From contig OX597814.1 of the NCBI GenBank assembly GCA_951406725.2, positions 148,552,001 to 148,616,000 on the forward strand: a stretch of DNA of 64,000 nucleotides, in the 5' to 3' direction. Made by a program: the position numbers and the translations under genes. Position 1 is the first letter of the stretch, and every line of letters starts with the position of its first letter. Positions 1 through 13,869 of this stretch are shown piece after piece. Under the pieces are notes generated by a model, which saw only the letters and a program-made list of their open reading frames with translations, did no database searches and was not told the DNA's origin. Source of the stretch: Octopus vulgaris (Eukaryota).

Positions 1-1741
1 ATTTAGAATTTATTGATGAATTTGAAATATAGAAACTATAGCATTCCTTGTAATAATTTGTTTGTACGTCAGTGTGTTTCTATTTGATGTGTTCTCTATC
101 ACTTTACCAACAGAGTTAGCTTCATCAAGCAACGTAGGATACATGATACTTAAAAAGAAAAGTCAAAAGCAGAGAAAAAGGGAACAACAGAAAAATAAAT
201 TAGCTATATGCTATCATTCATTTGCAACTAATTTTGAATTATAGAATATCACTTCCATTAGCAAATTACGGAGAATGATAAAGAGCGTCGTAAAACTGAG
301 CTGTTATTCTTGCTAAAGAATAAACAATATAATGACAGTTATGGAGAACAAAAAAAAAACATTACAATAATATTCTGATTTGAAAATTAGCAGCAGTCTA
401 ACTTTTGCAGATTCTGTAAAATAAATACAGAAATATTTTACGTAAATCTTCTATACTCTGTATTATATATTTGCTTGTCAAAAGAGAATGGATTTCAACG
501 AAACAGTATTCTATTATTAACGGCATACGTTAGCTAATTATGTCTCTGAACACTTCAACATTTATCACGTTTCATATATGTTTCGCTGTACTGGGATGTG
601 CTTATGTGAGGATATAGGACTATTGTAAACAACGTCCCCTTAAACATTTCAATCCGTATTCTTAGTATACCGGAAATTTCAGAATTAACACTCTGCAGAA
701 CTACTACGATGGTTTGACTGAGAAGAACCTTTTCAAGAAATAAGCCGAAGAGAAAATGATACATCAGTTAAAATAATGAATTTTCGTGCTTGCAATATTT
801 AGTTTCATTACAAATATCTACTCAAAGATAAGTGCTATGTCGAATTAATTTTTTATTAATTCTAACCACGCTGCGAAGTTCATTAGAACCGGACACTTTT
901 GAGAAAGGACTGCTAATGTATAGGATCTACACACCTGCAGATATTCAATAGGAATTATACCTCGGTCAAATAAATCCATAAGACCATTGAAAATTAAATG
1001 ATCAATATCAACTTTTGAATATGAAGACGAAATGGGAGGTGGTAATATTTTAGAAACAGATTTATAATATGCCACAAAGGTTTCCCTATCAAAGTGTAAT
1101 ACTGGAATCAGATTCAAGTCTTGTTACCTTAAACGCGAGTCTAAGTTTTTATATGTTTCTTCCCAGTTCTTTTCAATAAATATTTTCCTAATTGTAGAAT
1201 GTGAGTTATAAAGTGTATTAGCTGCCCATTGGCTAGGGCTGACAGGACTCCACAATTCAGAGCAAACGACTGCTTTACAAATGTTCCTTTAAATCATTAT
1301 CTCTCTAATTTAAAAAACGGATAGTACAAAGACCATCACACAAATGAGAATTTAGTTTTTTTTTATTTGTTGAATCTTATCTAAATGTTTAAATCACTAG
1401 ATCTCAACAATCTAAACCTTAAGGACTCATTTGATTCCGATTTTACCCTTCTGGACCTGAATAAGCATTTCATGTTTTATAAAGTATCATTATACTTTTG
1501 TAATATTATAAGGAAATAAGTAACACAATGGCTAGAATATTGGTGCATTGTAGAAGTACAGCCAATTTACTGCACGTAAACTTTAACAGCACACACATAC
1601 ACATGCACACACACATGCATATATATATATAGTGTCTGTGAGAGAGAGAGGGGGAGGGATGGACAGAGGGTGGAGAGAAGGAGAGACAGAGAGAGAGATA
1701 GAAAGAGAGAAAACAAAGACAGAGAGAGAAATATAGTTATG

Positions 1742-2629
1742 GCCGGTGACCTATAAACTATCTTCAAAATGGAGGGAGAATGCCACGTGGCTAGTTTTTG
1801 AATACATACACAGACATACAATAAAGGTCAAGTGCATGGGAATATGTCTGTCTTCAGCCACGATCTGGAACCTACCCAGTCAGCTTGTGGGTACCAGGAT
1901 TTCAATAGGAATCGCCTGATGTTAAACAGTGTCCGAAGACTGTTCTGTAATTTAAGATTTTCTCCCGGCTGAGGGATTTCTTTGACATCGTCACCCGGTC
2001 CATTATGCATGTCTTGCAACATTTCCACTCATTAATGTGCGGGACCGGTTTTTCTAGGTTCTGCCATTTGAGTTACCATATGATTACATGTGTCCCTTCA
2101 TCCTTCAGACCCCACACGTGCTTTGCCAACGACGTATAACATCTTTCCGGGATCCTAAACGGGTATGTGTTATTATTGTTAACATTATTAGCATTATCAT
2201 TAGCGATGGTGCTGCTATCATTTCTGTTATAGTTGCTGTCGTTTCTATAATCAATACTGAAGGGCGAAGGAAATCCACGTGTAATTACATGGCTAATCAT
2301 ATGGGACATCCTAAACAAACCGAGTCCCTACATCAACAGGAGCAAACGTTGCAAGCTTTGTATAGCGGGGCTGGCGTCAATATTAAAGAACTCCCTCGAC
2401 CTGAGGAAAATCTAACTTAAATTTTAGTATTGAAGTTTCAGACCCCGTTTACACTTCAGGCGATTCATATTGAAATCTTGGGGCTCACAAACTGACAGGG
2501 CGGATACCGGTTAGTGGTCTAAAGTAGACAATGCCTTGCACTTGATCTTTCATCTTTGTCTGTATGTTCAAGAATTAGCCACGAGGTTTTTCTCCCTCCA
2601 TTTTGAAGAGACGCTATAAGACACAGGCA
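1742..2629. repeat. Long diverged inverted repeat (fold-back element); arms ~1742-2108 and ~2257-2629
   Basis: The reverse complement of 2257-2629 aligns along 1742-2108 (e.g. tcttcaaaatggagggagaa, gatttcaata.gaatcgcctga). The ORF track shows related peptides on opposite strands (VKEIPQPGENL / IKELPRPEENL). Confidence 0.9.
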
Positions 2630-2778
2630 ATTAAGGTCTGACGAGATGTATGAAAAGCTAAGCGCTCTATGGACGCAAACCAGGTAAACTTATGAAACGG
2701 CAATAATAATTTCTCTCAAAAATACTCTTGTGCTTAGTGAGCCTCTCTTTCGGATTCATGATGTACTGACGATATATA

Positions 2779-2829
<51 letters not shown>

Positions 2830-2879
2830 GTGTGCGCGCGCGTACGTATGCATATATGTAAGCATGTCTATATGTAGTT

Positions 2880-3078
2880 GTAACTTACAGAAAAATAAAT
2901 AATTAAGACAAGTGTATGGTATGAACTAATGGCAGGTGTATTAGTTTTATGCTCAGGAAAGTGAGAAAGTTATTCTACGTTTTGAGCCTACGCTCTTTAT
3001 CAGAAACGAATATGAGGAAATAAATAGAGAATAATAAAAAAAAAAACTTGTGGATTTAGCGATCCGCTTAGTCATAGC
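2880..3078 (-). mobile_element. Short PLE-pLTR-like interspersed element with a decayed minimal hammerhead core
   Basis: Homologous to 10546-10731. Minus strand of 2976-3003 reads ctgataa-a-gagc-gtag-gctc-aaaa-cgta. Confidence 0.55.
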
Positions 3079-3157
3079 AAGATTAGTTGACTGGCGCAGA
3101 ACTCAACATACATATTGTCCAGAAAACAAAGCTATAACAGTATAAATTTGTAATAGA

Positions 3158-3342
3158 AAACAAATTCATGACACCGGAAAAACCCAGTCTTATGTAATGA
3201 AATTCATTCGCTTCCAGCTGTCTCTATTATGAGTTGTGGTTGACGCATAGTTGCGTACCAGGATAACATCTTATAGCAGAAACAGTTGTAAGCGAATGAA
3301 ATTTATTAAATAACATTTGTTTTTTCTTGTCATCTCTTTGTT
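3158..3342. repeat. Degenerate ~185-bp hairpin element
   Basis: taatgaaattcattcgcttccagctgtctct is the inverted counterpart of agaaacagttgtaagcgaatgaaatttatta. Homology extends outward to the caaa..atgaca ends. Confidence 0.75.
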
Positions 3343-3344
3343 GC

Positions 3345-3389
<45 letters not shown>

Positions 3390-5949
3390 TGTCTGTGTTT
3401 GTGTCTGTGTGTGTGCGTGTGTTTAAGAATAAGACACTTTTATGTGACTGTTGCGCAACTTGAGACAAACACTTTGCCAAAGTCAATATTAGGAAACTAC
3501 ACTTTAAAATAATTGTATTTGTCAGGAATATTTTAATCGTATTAGCTTTTAAATCTTTCTGAATATGCGTCGATTTATATCAGCTTAACTAATTAGAAGC
3601 ATTGGTTTCATTATTAATCACTTAATAGGAAATAGCTGAGACTCCATTCCAACTGCGCCACTTGAAACACCGAGTTCTCTCTTTGATCAAAACTTAAACT
3701 AATGTAAATTAATAATACAGTTGAATTATTTTATTAATAGTTGGTGGATTAGATGAATCGCTACATTGGTGGGCTATAGATCTTGCTAGCTTTAAACATT
3801 ATCTTTTAATATTTTTCTGATTTCAATTGCAAGCAGTGATAAACCTTGATTGATTTTATCAATCTATGATCGATAATGTGAGCTGTCAGTCATATACTGT
3901 AGATGATTTATCGAGTATTCTCTCAAACCACATCTATGCATTGTTCCTATGTTAGAATACAACGCTGCACTTCATTTAACCGATTAATAATGCGTGTTGC
4001 GTATGCAAGGTTAGTACACCTTTGATGCACACAATTACTTTGTGGCTTGTAGATCTATATTTGCTCTTAGTATGTAGAATCCGTTGCATTATATTCATGT
4101 CAGTGAAGAGTTATGGCATCGTAAACAAGCATCGATATCTTGTCAAGAAACATCATCATCAACTCCAATTCCTCATATGTTAGTAAATTACACAGGTGAA
4201 ATGACTGAATAATGAAACACAACCTTAACGGAATAGCTATTGAGCTTAAGAATGGAATGACAATCATGATACCGCAAGCATGATTTAGTCGGAAACATTG
4301 GTGACGTTAATGTTCTGATTAAACAACCTTTATGTAACGGCTGCTGGAAAATACATGTTTAGAATATGGTGCTTTATACAATAATTTTAATCGTTTGAAA
4401 ATCATGCCAAATATATTAAAATGTCTCATCTGAACCCCATAAAGCCTGTTACAACACCTAATGTATTTCAGAAAGGGTTATAAATTGTAGTAAAAACAAA
4501 AACAATCGCTATTTCAATACAAATTTGCAGTATTCAAAGTGTAAGTTACAAAGCTGTAGCTTTGAGACATTAAATAAAAGCCGGTAGATAACACACGCAA
4601 AATCGGTTTGGCCAAATTCTGGTATGCTGGTCTCAGGATTTGGCAAAAATACATGTGCGTCCTTGCGGTTATCGTAGAAAGATTCCAAAAGACTTGGACA
4701 TATACTGAAAGGGAAAGCCTTAGCGATGATTGTTGATTTCATTTACCTCTTGAAAAGAAAACTACAGGAAACTTAACTATCTGTTTCCGTATGGTGTTAT
4801 ATTATTTTATCAAATTAAACTTTCATTTGATTCCAAAAATTATAAATGTTTGTATGTTAGGCCCTGAAACCAAAAGAGATAACGTAAACTTTTAATTTGC
4901 CTCATATATTGCTCAATGTGTTACCTTCACGTCAGTTAGTGTGCTTGCATAACATTTGTAGTCCTCAATCAAATGTATTCCAGTCGTGAACTACACGTCA
5001 ATATTAAGGAATAGGAAATGAATGATAGTTACGTTGTCTGTGTCTTTTGCTCATTCAACTTTTAAAATTGTAAGGGGTCACTCAGTTACGTTAATTAAGA
5101 GCCAGCAGCTACGATTGACATATATGAGAGCACACCCAATATCGAAGTTAAGTGGGAGAATCGAAAATACTACAGATTAAGAATGGAAAATAACTGTAAC
5201 GGTAATAAAATTTGGATTTAATAGCATCATAGTTAATCAGCAAAGATATAGAATTTGGCCGAAAGCAACGTTCATATTCACGAGTAAAACATGGATATAT
5301 ATTGGCATTTAATAGTCGATACACACTAAATTCACAAAATGGGATGTATAGTTGGAAAGTCGTAGCATAAAATAGAACGCTAAGCCACAGGCCCTCAATA
5401 ATAACGTAGTGTCACTGCCAAAAACGTTAGTGTTACAGTGGTGGGAATGCTTCCTTATTTTCTGGTATATACCGAGGATTACATTTTCTAACATTTCATT
5501 CCATCTTTAAGGCAGCAGTTTGAAACGTAATGGAAGTTTATTTTTACAGTGTGAACTGCTTAGAAAACACTCATAGGTGACTTCAAAGTTAACGATTAAT
5601 TATATTTATGGGAAACTTCTACCACTGATTATAGACACCACAATTTCTTCATGATGAGTGAATGTTACATTACTTTGTATCTTGAAGTATATGTTGTCAC
5701 AAACCAAGATAAAGAGAAAAGCACAAAATACATCTAAACGTAAAGAGACAGTGAAGTCCATGAAATTCAAGGAAATGACCAGAAATATTTATCATATTAA
5801 TCTTTGTGGAATATATTTTGCATCCGATTATTAGGTGTTCTATAATACTTTCAATGTATTATGTTCATAAGCCGAATTACATTTTCCATAATACAGAAAC
5901 TTTGCTAATTTTGTCGCTGGATAGGAGGATCTTGAGAAGAAGAGTAATA

Positions 5950-6085
5950 CGATTTCATCGACCCTAGTAGCTGACTGGTACTCCAATTATCGAACGTGAA
6001 ATGACGGAAGGCAGAGTCGATCTCGGCGGAATTTGAACCCAAAAGTTAGAGACCGACGAAATACCGGTAGGCATATTGTCCGGTG
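5950..6085 (-). mobile_element. tRNA-derived SINE, family A (partial, decayed)
   Basis: Shares ctggtac..ttatcga and gtcga.ctcggcggaatttgaac with the copies at 31547, 39950 and 53663. The minus strand has a B-box-like gttcaaattcc. Confidence 0.75.
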
Positions 6086-6643
6086 TACTTACTTAAAAGC
6101 ATATATTTTATCATCTGTAGGAAATTGTGATGAAAGAAAAAGCCTATTTCGTCTGTAAAAAATTCATTTCGGTGAAATATATTTACGAAAAATGCACAAC
6201 AGGTAACGAAAAGCAGGCAATATTAACGGTGAAATACATTTCAAATGAGAAAGTTCTACTCACAATTAGTTGAAAATGAACACTTAATGTTGGATTACTT
6301 AAACATATCTACTCGTATCATCTACAATATTATACATTTGTATTTATAATTACAACTATTGGCATAGGTAGGGATGATATTTGCGGTTAAAAAATGAATA
6401 TACGAAATGAGTTACTTAAGAAAATGAAAAATGTGATATAATATGTAAATTTGAGAAGAACAATGAAATTTAGTAATAGTTTTAATGGATCAGGTATAAT
6501 TAACTATTTCTTATTAAATATCTCTCCAATTTGCAATTGTAGCATTGTGTTGGGAGAAATAGGATCTCTGAAACAAGTAGAAAAACAAAAGAAGAGTACT
6601 TACTCATAATCCTTCCCCAAAGACATTTTCATAACGTACACAC

Positions 6644-7036
6644 ATGTATGTATGTATGTATGTATGTATGTATGTATGTATGTATGTATGTATGTATGTA
6701 TGTATGTATGTATGTATGTATATATGTATGTATTTATGTATGTATGTACGTACGTATGTATGTATGCATGTATGTATGTATGCAGGAAAGTAAGCAGTTA
6801 GTTAGGTTTATATATGTGTATATATATATATGTGTTTGTGTGTTTGTGCGTGAGGGTACAAATACATACATACATACATACATGCAAACACACATATATA
6901 CACGCACATACATACGTACATACATACATACATACATACATACATACATACATACATACATACATACATACATACATACATACATACATACATACATACA
7001 TACATACATACATACATACATACATACATACATACA
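6644..7036. repeat. (TATG)n followed by (CATA)n microsatellites
   Basis: Directly visible tetranucleotide arrays in opposite orientations. Confidence 0.95.
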
Positions 7037-7231
7037 CTTAAAACCACACATATAGATGTGCACAAACAGACGCATGCACGCACATATTTATATATGCGTA
7101 TCGACCGAAATCTAAATTAAAGTATTATTAAATATATCTGTATACCCCTCCGGAAAGTTCAGAATATCTATATTGAGATTTTTGAGAAGACTGTGCTAAT
7201 TGAAATGAAATTGTATTATAGTGTGTGTCCA

Positions 7232-7656
<425 letters not shown>

Positions 7657-8499
7657 AAGAGAGAGAGTGGGATAGTGAGATATTAATGTAGTTATATATG
7701 TATGTCTTTGTGTGTGAATGTCTATGTACATAAGTATGTGCGTGCGAGTGTACATATATACATATGCGTACATGCATTCCTGTATGACGTAGATATACGT
7801 ATTCATTTGACGAGGTTCTGAGGGTCCTTGTGCACTACGTCTTAAATATCTGTTAGTATTTTATGTTTAATCCATTGATGCATTGCAGAGCTTTATTTAA
7901 CTCATGAAGAGGAGGTTTTCAAAATTCTGTAAATTCTACTTTAATGCGAATTCACTTAACTATTGATCTTGAGATAAATATCTTTTCTTATAATTTCACT
8001 TCTTCGTTCAGATCATTTGGCGAACAATTATTTAACATAGAATGAAATATATTTTCTGAGTCATAGTAAAGTAAAAAGTATGATAAATGAGTTGAAGGTC
8101 ATTTACTCTCAATATTTTGATATCAATTGATGACTTTGCATGAAATTTTATTTATAAATTCCACACAGAAGAAAAAATACTTTTTCATCTATCTCATGAA
8201 TATAAATGTACATCCGTATTTCTGATTGGTTCGATAATATTGTTTAGATATTCATATTTTTGCAGACCTACTTCTATAGGCTTTCATGTTGGTAATATAT
8301 GTATAGCTAACATTGTGATAATCTTAATGATGTGTAAAGCTCTAATTTGAAATAAAGAATTCATGCATATTTGAGCGATATGAATGATCATTTGCTGTCC
8401 AAACGTGTAATATCATGAATTAAGTTCCGCCAGTATTCTGATTAATGTTAGGGACCGTACAATTTTACTTACTGTCTCTGTAAACATAGACACTGCAAG

Positions 8500-8720
8500 A
8501 AATTACGGGCCCTACAATATTGATGTGCTTGATGTCGATAACATTCCATTTAAACTGTCGTAGAACTTCTGCATGAAAAACTACAGCAGGAAGAAGATTC
8601 CAAGGGAACGATATTCTGAGAAGGACATAGGATAAAAAACGTCTTTGATGCAGTACGGAAAATGAGAGGTGGAGAAAGGTGTGTTGTATGCGCGTCATTT
8701 GCAATTTCATGTGACTGATT
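8500..8720 (-). mobile_element. Decayed 3' end of a CR1/L2-like LINE ORF2
   Basis: Translation SYVLLRISFPWNLLPAVVFHAEVLRQFK resembles the SFFPR...WN.LP..VV.....L..FK C-terminal motif. Confidence 0.5.
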
Positions 8721-8766
8721 ATTACCGAGAATCAGACGTTAATGTAGTAGCAATATCATATACAAA

Positions 8767-9448
8767 ATAGAGACGACACACCTATGAACAAGTGATGCAT
8801 ACTCTCTCCATATGAATTTTAACGAAACAATCATCCGATCCGTACGCCTTCAGCTTAAAGATCAAAATAGCATTGATAATTCTAGAGAATGTTGGGGAAA
8901 TCATGGCACCTATGGCAGCTAGCATTCTTTAGTACTTTTTCTCTACACATCAACACGTTTTCAATTGCATCCCACAACATACGCAGCAACACTTTCTGAC
9001 ATGCCTTCCCTCTGTATCTGATTTAGAATCTTCCGCGACCTTCTATAATTTGTAAATCACTAACTTACGGAACCTAGTACTTTACCAGCCACGTACAAAT
9101 TTGTGGACCTAGCTAGTAATATACAACACCTCAGCACCACAGAATATCTCCTATTTTGCCATTCTACCATTTTAACTGCCTCTCTTATTGTGCGCATTCC
9201 ATGTTGAAATCTTGAAGCGCAATTAGCTCAGAAACCAGCATGTCCCGTTTCAGTAAGTATGCTCTATTTCAATATTTTATAACATAATGGGGCAATTCAT
9301 TTACCAACTCTTTTAGCAATCAACTGTATGAAAGGAAGTTGTACATTAGCAAGAACTTTATAAAGATACCTTCTTTGAAATAAATTAGATTCTGAAGCCT
9401 AAGTTTAGGAATATCTATATCCGTAAAATTTTAGTTCACATTAACCAT
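8767..9448. repeat. ~680-bp segment repeated at 12634-13314 (copy 1); possibly a decayed LINE fragment
   Basis: Long shared stretches, e.g. cgccttcagcttaaagatcaaaata and gataattctagagaatgttggggaaatcatggcac, with indels. Confidence 0.9.
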
Positions 9449-9799
9449 CGCTATTTTGCTCAGGAAAAAGATTGCAATTAGCCCTCACGAAATAATTGCA
9501 AATATTCCACCCATTTCATTTTCTAACTGAAAATTAAATAACTCTTATGAAAAGATTCGAAATATACCCTAGTAAATATCCGAACGAAGCTTGCAGAAGG
9601 ATATGCTCAACAGAGACGAAGCCTATTTAAATTAGATGCTATAAGATAGCTTTCAGCAAAGTTAAGACCATTATTAAACAACTATTATGTACTCAGTGTG
9701 TGCATTTCTACAGAAAATTATAACGGGTTTTATCAAAATCTTCATTCTTCATAATAGAAAGGAGTGTTCGGTACGTAACTATTTATTCTATATGCATAT

Positions 9800-9858
<59 letters not shown>

Positions 9859-10545
9859 CGAATTGATATGGATCGGATATATATATATATGAGCATGTAT
9901 GAATGCATGTACACACACATACACACGCGCGCATATATATATATATATATATGTTTAGATTGATAGATATATAGAGAGATAGATATAGATACATATACAT
10001 ACATTGGAACGTAAATGTCAGTTTACGTGTACGAGAGTGGATTTAGGGATCTATACACACAAGCACACAATCCAAAATACATAACCACAGGTAGCATTAC
10101 ATATAGAAAAATACAGAGCGGTATAGATAGTTACATTGACATATAGGCAGTTAAAGTGAATTCTAGGAGATTAATATCAAACTGAGTTCCTCCCTGCAAC
10201 CAGCATGACGAATATTGCATAGAAATAAGATAGTGAAGTTTATAATTTGTTCCTATGTTTCCTGTTTGTTTAGTTTTTTCCAGACTTCATTTCGATATAT
10301 ATAAACGCACCTTTAAATTGTTCTTCCAAAAGTATCTGGGTGCGTAATCAATATCTTTTTAAGTGATTCAGTCAAAGAAGTACGGTCATACTGGGGCACC
10401 AAATTTCGGGCTTTAGTTAGTCAACTCAACACCAATGTGCTAAACATATCGGTTAATGCGTATCACGGAATCCAAATCAAACAGTTTTGAATAATATATA
10501 TAAATCCCAATAAATGTGTTGAGTACCATATATATATTTATATAT

Positions 10546-10731
10546 ATAGGGAGAGTTTACGGAAAAAAAAAAACAAAGACGGGTGGTGTACAAAACAATC
10601 AACAGATGTATTAGTATAACGCTCAGGAATAGAAAAAGTCTTTTACATTTCGAGCCTACGCTCTTCTACAGAAAAGGACACAGAAAACAAGGAGAGAAAA
10701 ATGTGTGTAGTGGCTAACGACCTATCATGGC
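10546..10731 (-). mobile_element. Short PLE-pLTR-like element inserted in (TA)n, with a near-canonical minimal hammerhead core
   Basis: Minus strand of 10638-10677 reads ttttCTGTAGAaGAGCgtagGCTCGAAAtgTAaaag. (TA)n flanks both sides. Other copies lie at 2880-3078 and (partial) 29838-29888. Confidence 0.6.
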
Positions 10732-10835
<104 letters not shown>

Positions 10836-11441
10836 GGACATTTATATATGTGCCTGTGCGTATGTGAACATTCATATGTATATTCTTATATTGCCTGGCA
10901 TACGATTCATGTTTGATTTTTTTTTAGAACTCAACAATTGCTTGTTTGCTCAGGTAACAAAGGGGCAAGAGGCAACAACTCCTCAGTTAATGGCAATTAG
11001 TGAGGATTTATTGGAAGCGTTTTAACCCGATGTAGTCACTTACATGGGTGGGATGACAAGAAAGGAGTGATGTTAGAAATGTGAAGTCTAGCATGCATTA
11101 TTTCGTTAGTAGCAAGTTCCATCACACAAATCCTTGGTTTCCATTGTTTCTGTGCGTAACTCTTTCTTTGAACTGGTTGATAACCCTCCATACTCAGTCT
11201 ATGAATGTTTGAGCTTACCCTGATACTATTTCATAGGTATGTACAATGTAACGAATGAATATTTGCTGTTTGACGGTCTTTTCAGCCAGATGTTTACCTT
11301 AAAGGAGAGTTATATCTGCCTTGCTTCTTCATACTTTCATAAATTATGTACATATATGTGTGTATGTGTAAGTCAGGGGCAACATGTACTTTTTATGTGT
11401 GATGAAATTATATGCTTGTAAGTGAAGACCTCAACCTGATT

Positions 11442-11496
<55 letters not shown>

Positions 11497-11553
11497 TATG
11501 TATATATATATATATATATACACATATATATGTATATATATATATATATATAA

Positions 11554-11598
<45 letters not shown>

Positions 11599-11639
11599 GT
11601 TATTTATATTAACTGTATGAACTGTGGGATACTATCAAG

Positions 11640-12633
11640 AACCTACAATTCAAACGACACCCACTAAGAAATAGCATCTACCAAAAATACCTTAAGGTCC
11701 CAATATATAAACTGAAATTACAAAAGGGAATTATTGTTCACTCCGATAAAGCCAGGAACTCCTACACTTTCGATATAAATTTATTCCGCCAGTTACTACA
11801 TAAAAAATTACAATAAAATACAATATTGCACCTAACAGCACCTTAACATCTATGATCTTAGCAGCCAAAAACTTTATGACAGACTACATTATAGAGGACA
11901 AAACCGAACCCTTCGTACCTTCTGGAACCCGCATTACACTAAAAGATCATAAACCTAACTTCTTAACGGATACGAAAGTTAGATTAATATGCCGCAATAA
12001 GTCACATCTATGTAAATCAAGTAAATTAATATTAGATAAATACATCCCTAAGCTAAAGAATATGATAGCCCTGGTACTATGGCCCAACACATATGAAGCC
12101 GTAAACTGGTTCTCTAAAATACAGAACATAATCACGCACATCCTACAAATAGATAGAAAAGATTACTACTCATCTATTAACCCTACGATCCTAAATAATG
12201 CACTTATCTTCGCCAGAAATCATACCCAATTAACTATGAAAGAAATTAATGTAATATTAGAAACGAGGAAATCAGTAATAAGTTTCAATAATAAACCCTG
12301 GGTAAGAAAGGACTCCCCTAATAACTTCGCCATCACCATGGGGACCTCAGATACAGCACAGGTAACTTTCTTAGTGGGCATCTATTTGCTATCATACCTA
12401 CAGGAAGAATTCCCAGAACTCAAGAATGGATTATAGAGGATGATGCACGATTCATACTAAAAATACCTTCAAATAGGTGTTTAGAGCCCATTAAGAAAAG
12501 CATTACGCAAATCCTTAAAAAAATTGGCCTAACTATTACTATAGAAAACGAACACAACTCCATAAATTACTTAGACACCAACTGCAACCTAGTCACAGGA
12601 ATCCACGAACCCTACATAAAACTTAACACACCT
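11640..12633 (+). pseudogene. Penelope-like element reverse transcriptase relic
   Basis: ORF 11852-12436 carries TLKDHKPNF, VRLI, DYYSSI, RKSVISF...W, FAITMGTSD.A, and GL followed by a frameshifted (Y)RDD. IIVHSDK lies upstream. These match PLE RT motifs. Confidence 0.85.
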
Positions 12634-13314
12634 ATAGAGACAACACACCTATGAATAAGAGATACATACTTCTCTCTCCATATGAATTTTAACGAAACAA
12701 ACATCCGAGCCGCACGCCTTCAGCTTAAAGATCAAAATAACATTGATAATTCTAGAGAATGTTGGGGAAATCATGGCACACATCGCAGCTAGCATTCTTT
12801 AATTCTTATTGTCTACGCATCAACACGTTTTCAATTGCATCCCACAATATACGCAGCGACCTCTTGCTGTTGATTTCTTCTTGGCTACTTTACTCTATAT
12901 CTGATGCCTTTAATCTATATTTGATTTAGAAACTTCTGTGACCTACTATAATGCGTAAATCACTAACTTATGAAACCTAGTAATTTTCCAGTCAGGTACA
13001 ACTTTGTTGACCTAGCTAGTAATATACAATCTCTCAGCGCCACAGAATATCTCCTAATCTGCCATGTTTGTGTCTCACATAACTTCCCATGTTTCTAACA
13101 TTTTATCTGCCTCCTTTTGTGCGCATTCAATGTTGAAATCTTGAGGCGCAATCATCTCAGAAATGGGCATGTTCCGTTTCAATATTTTGTAACGTAATAA
13201 GGCAGTCCATTTACCAACTCTTTGAGCAATCAACGGTATGAAAGGAAGGTATTCATTTGCAACAGCTTTGTAAAGCTACTTTCTTTCAAATAAATTCTAG
13301 CTCACATTAACCAT
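12634..13314. repeat. ~680-bp segment repeated at 8767-9448 (copy 2)
   Basis: Direct alignment to copy 1. It abuts the truncated PLE RT. Confidence 0.9.
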
Positions 13315-13869
13315 TCACACATGCTTTATTTTTATCTATTACTTATTTTCATTTTATTTTTATTGTATTTATATTTTTTAATTATTTACTTATTATTTTT
13401 CTCCCACACTTTTGAGTATATTTTTTGCATGTATATTTATAAGTAAATCCTTTGCTAATTAAGTAACCAGTAAAACATATATTGTTCACTTTGACACGGC
13501 TGCTTCAAGCTTGAAACTCATGTCAGTGTAACTCACTGTAAACATCACTATTATTAACATTAGAACAAAAATTATACCCTCAAAAAGCGAGATTAGCGTG
13601 CAAAAATGGAATAGTCCAGATGGACTATTATACATAAAGGACTATAGCTTCAACTGCGCATTGCTTTTTGATTCACCGTAAGGTTTGTTGTTATTATTAT
13701 TACTGTTTAACTATTGTTATCACGTTTGTTGGTTCCTCGTGTGTTGCATTTGTTAAATAATTGTAAACTGGGAGAAGGAGCTTTGGTTATTGTTTAAAAA
13801 TTGAATTGCGTCTCTGTTTGGAGAAATTGACAATATTTTCACCGTTTACACGGAAGCATTTTTGTTAGA

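Noticed and set aside
1905-1945. Hammerhead core within the long inverted repeat (ctgatgt...gaag; other arm ctgaagt...gaaac)
   Set aside because: Both arms lack the A9 core position, and stem II does not pair convincingly.
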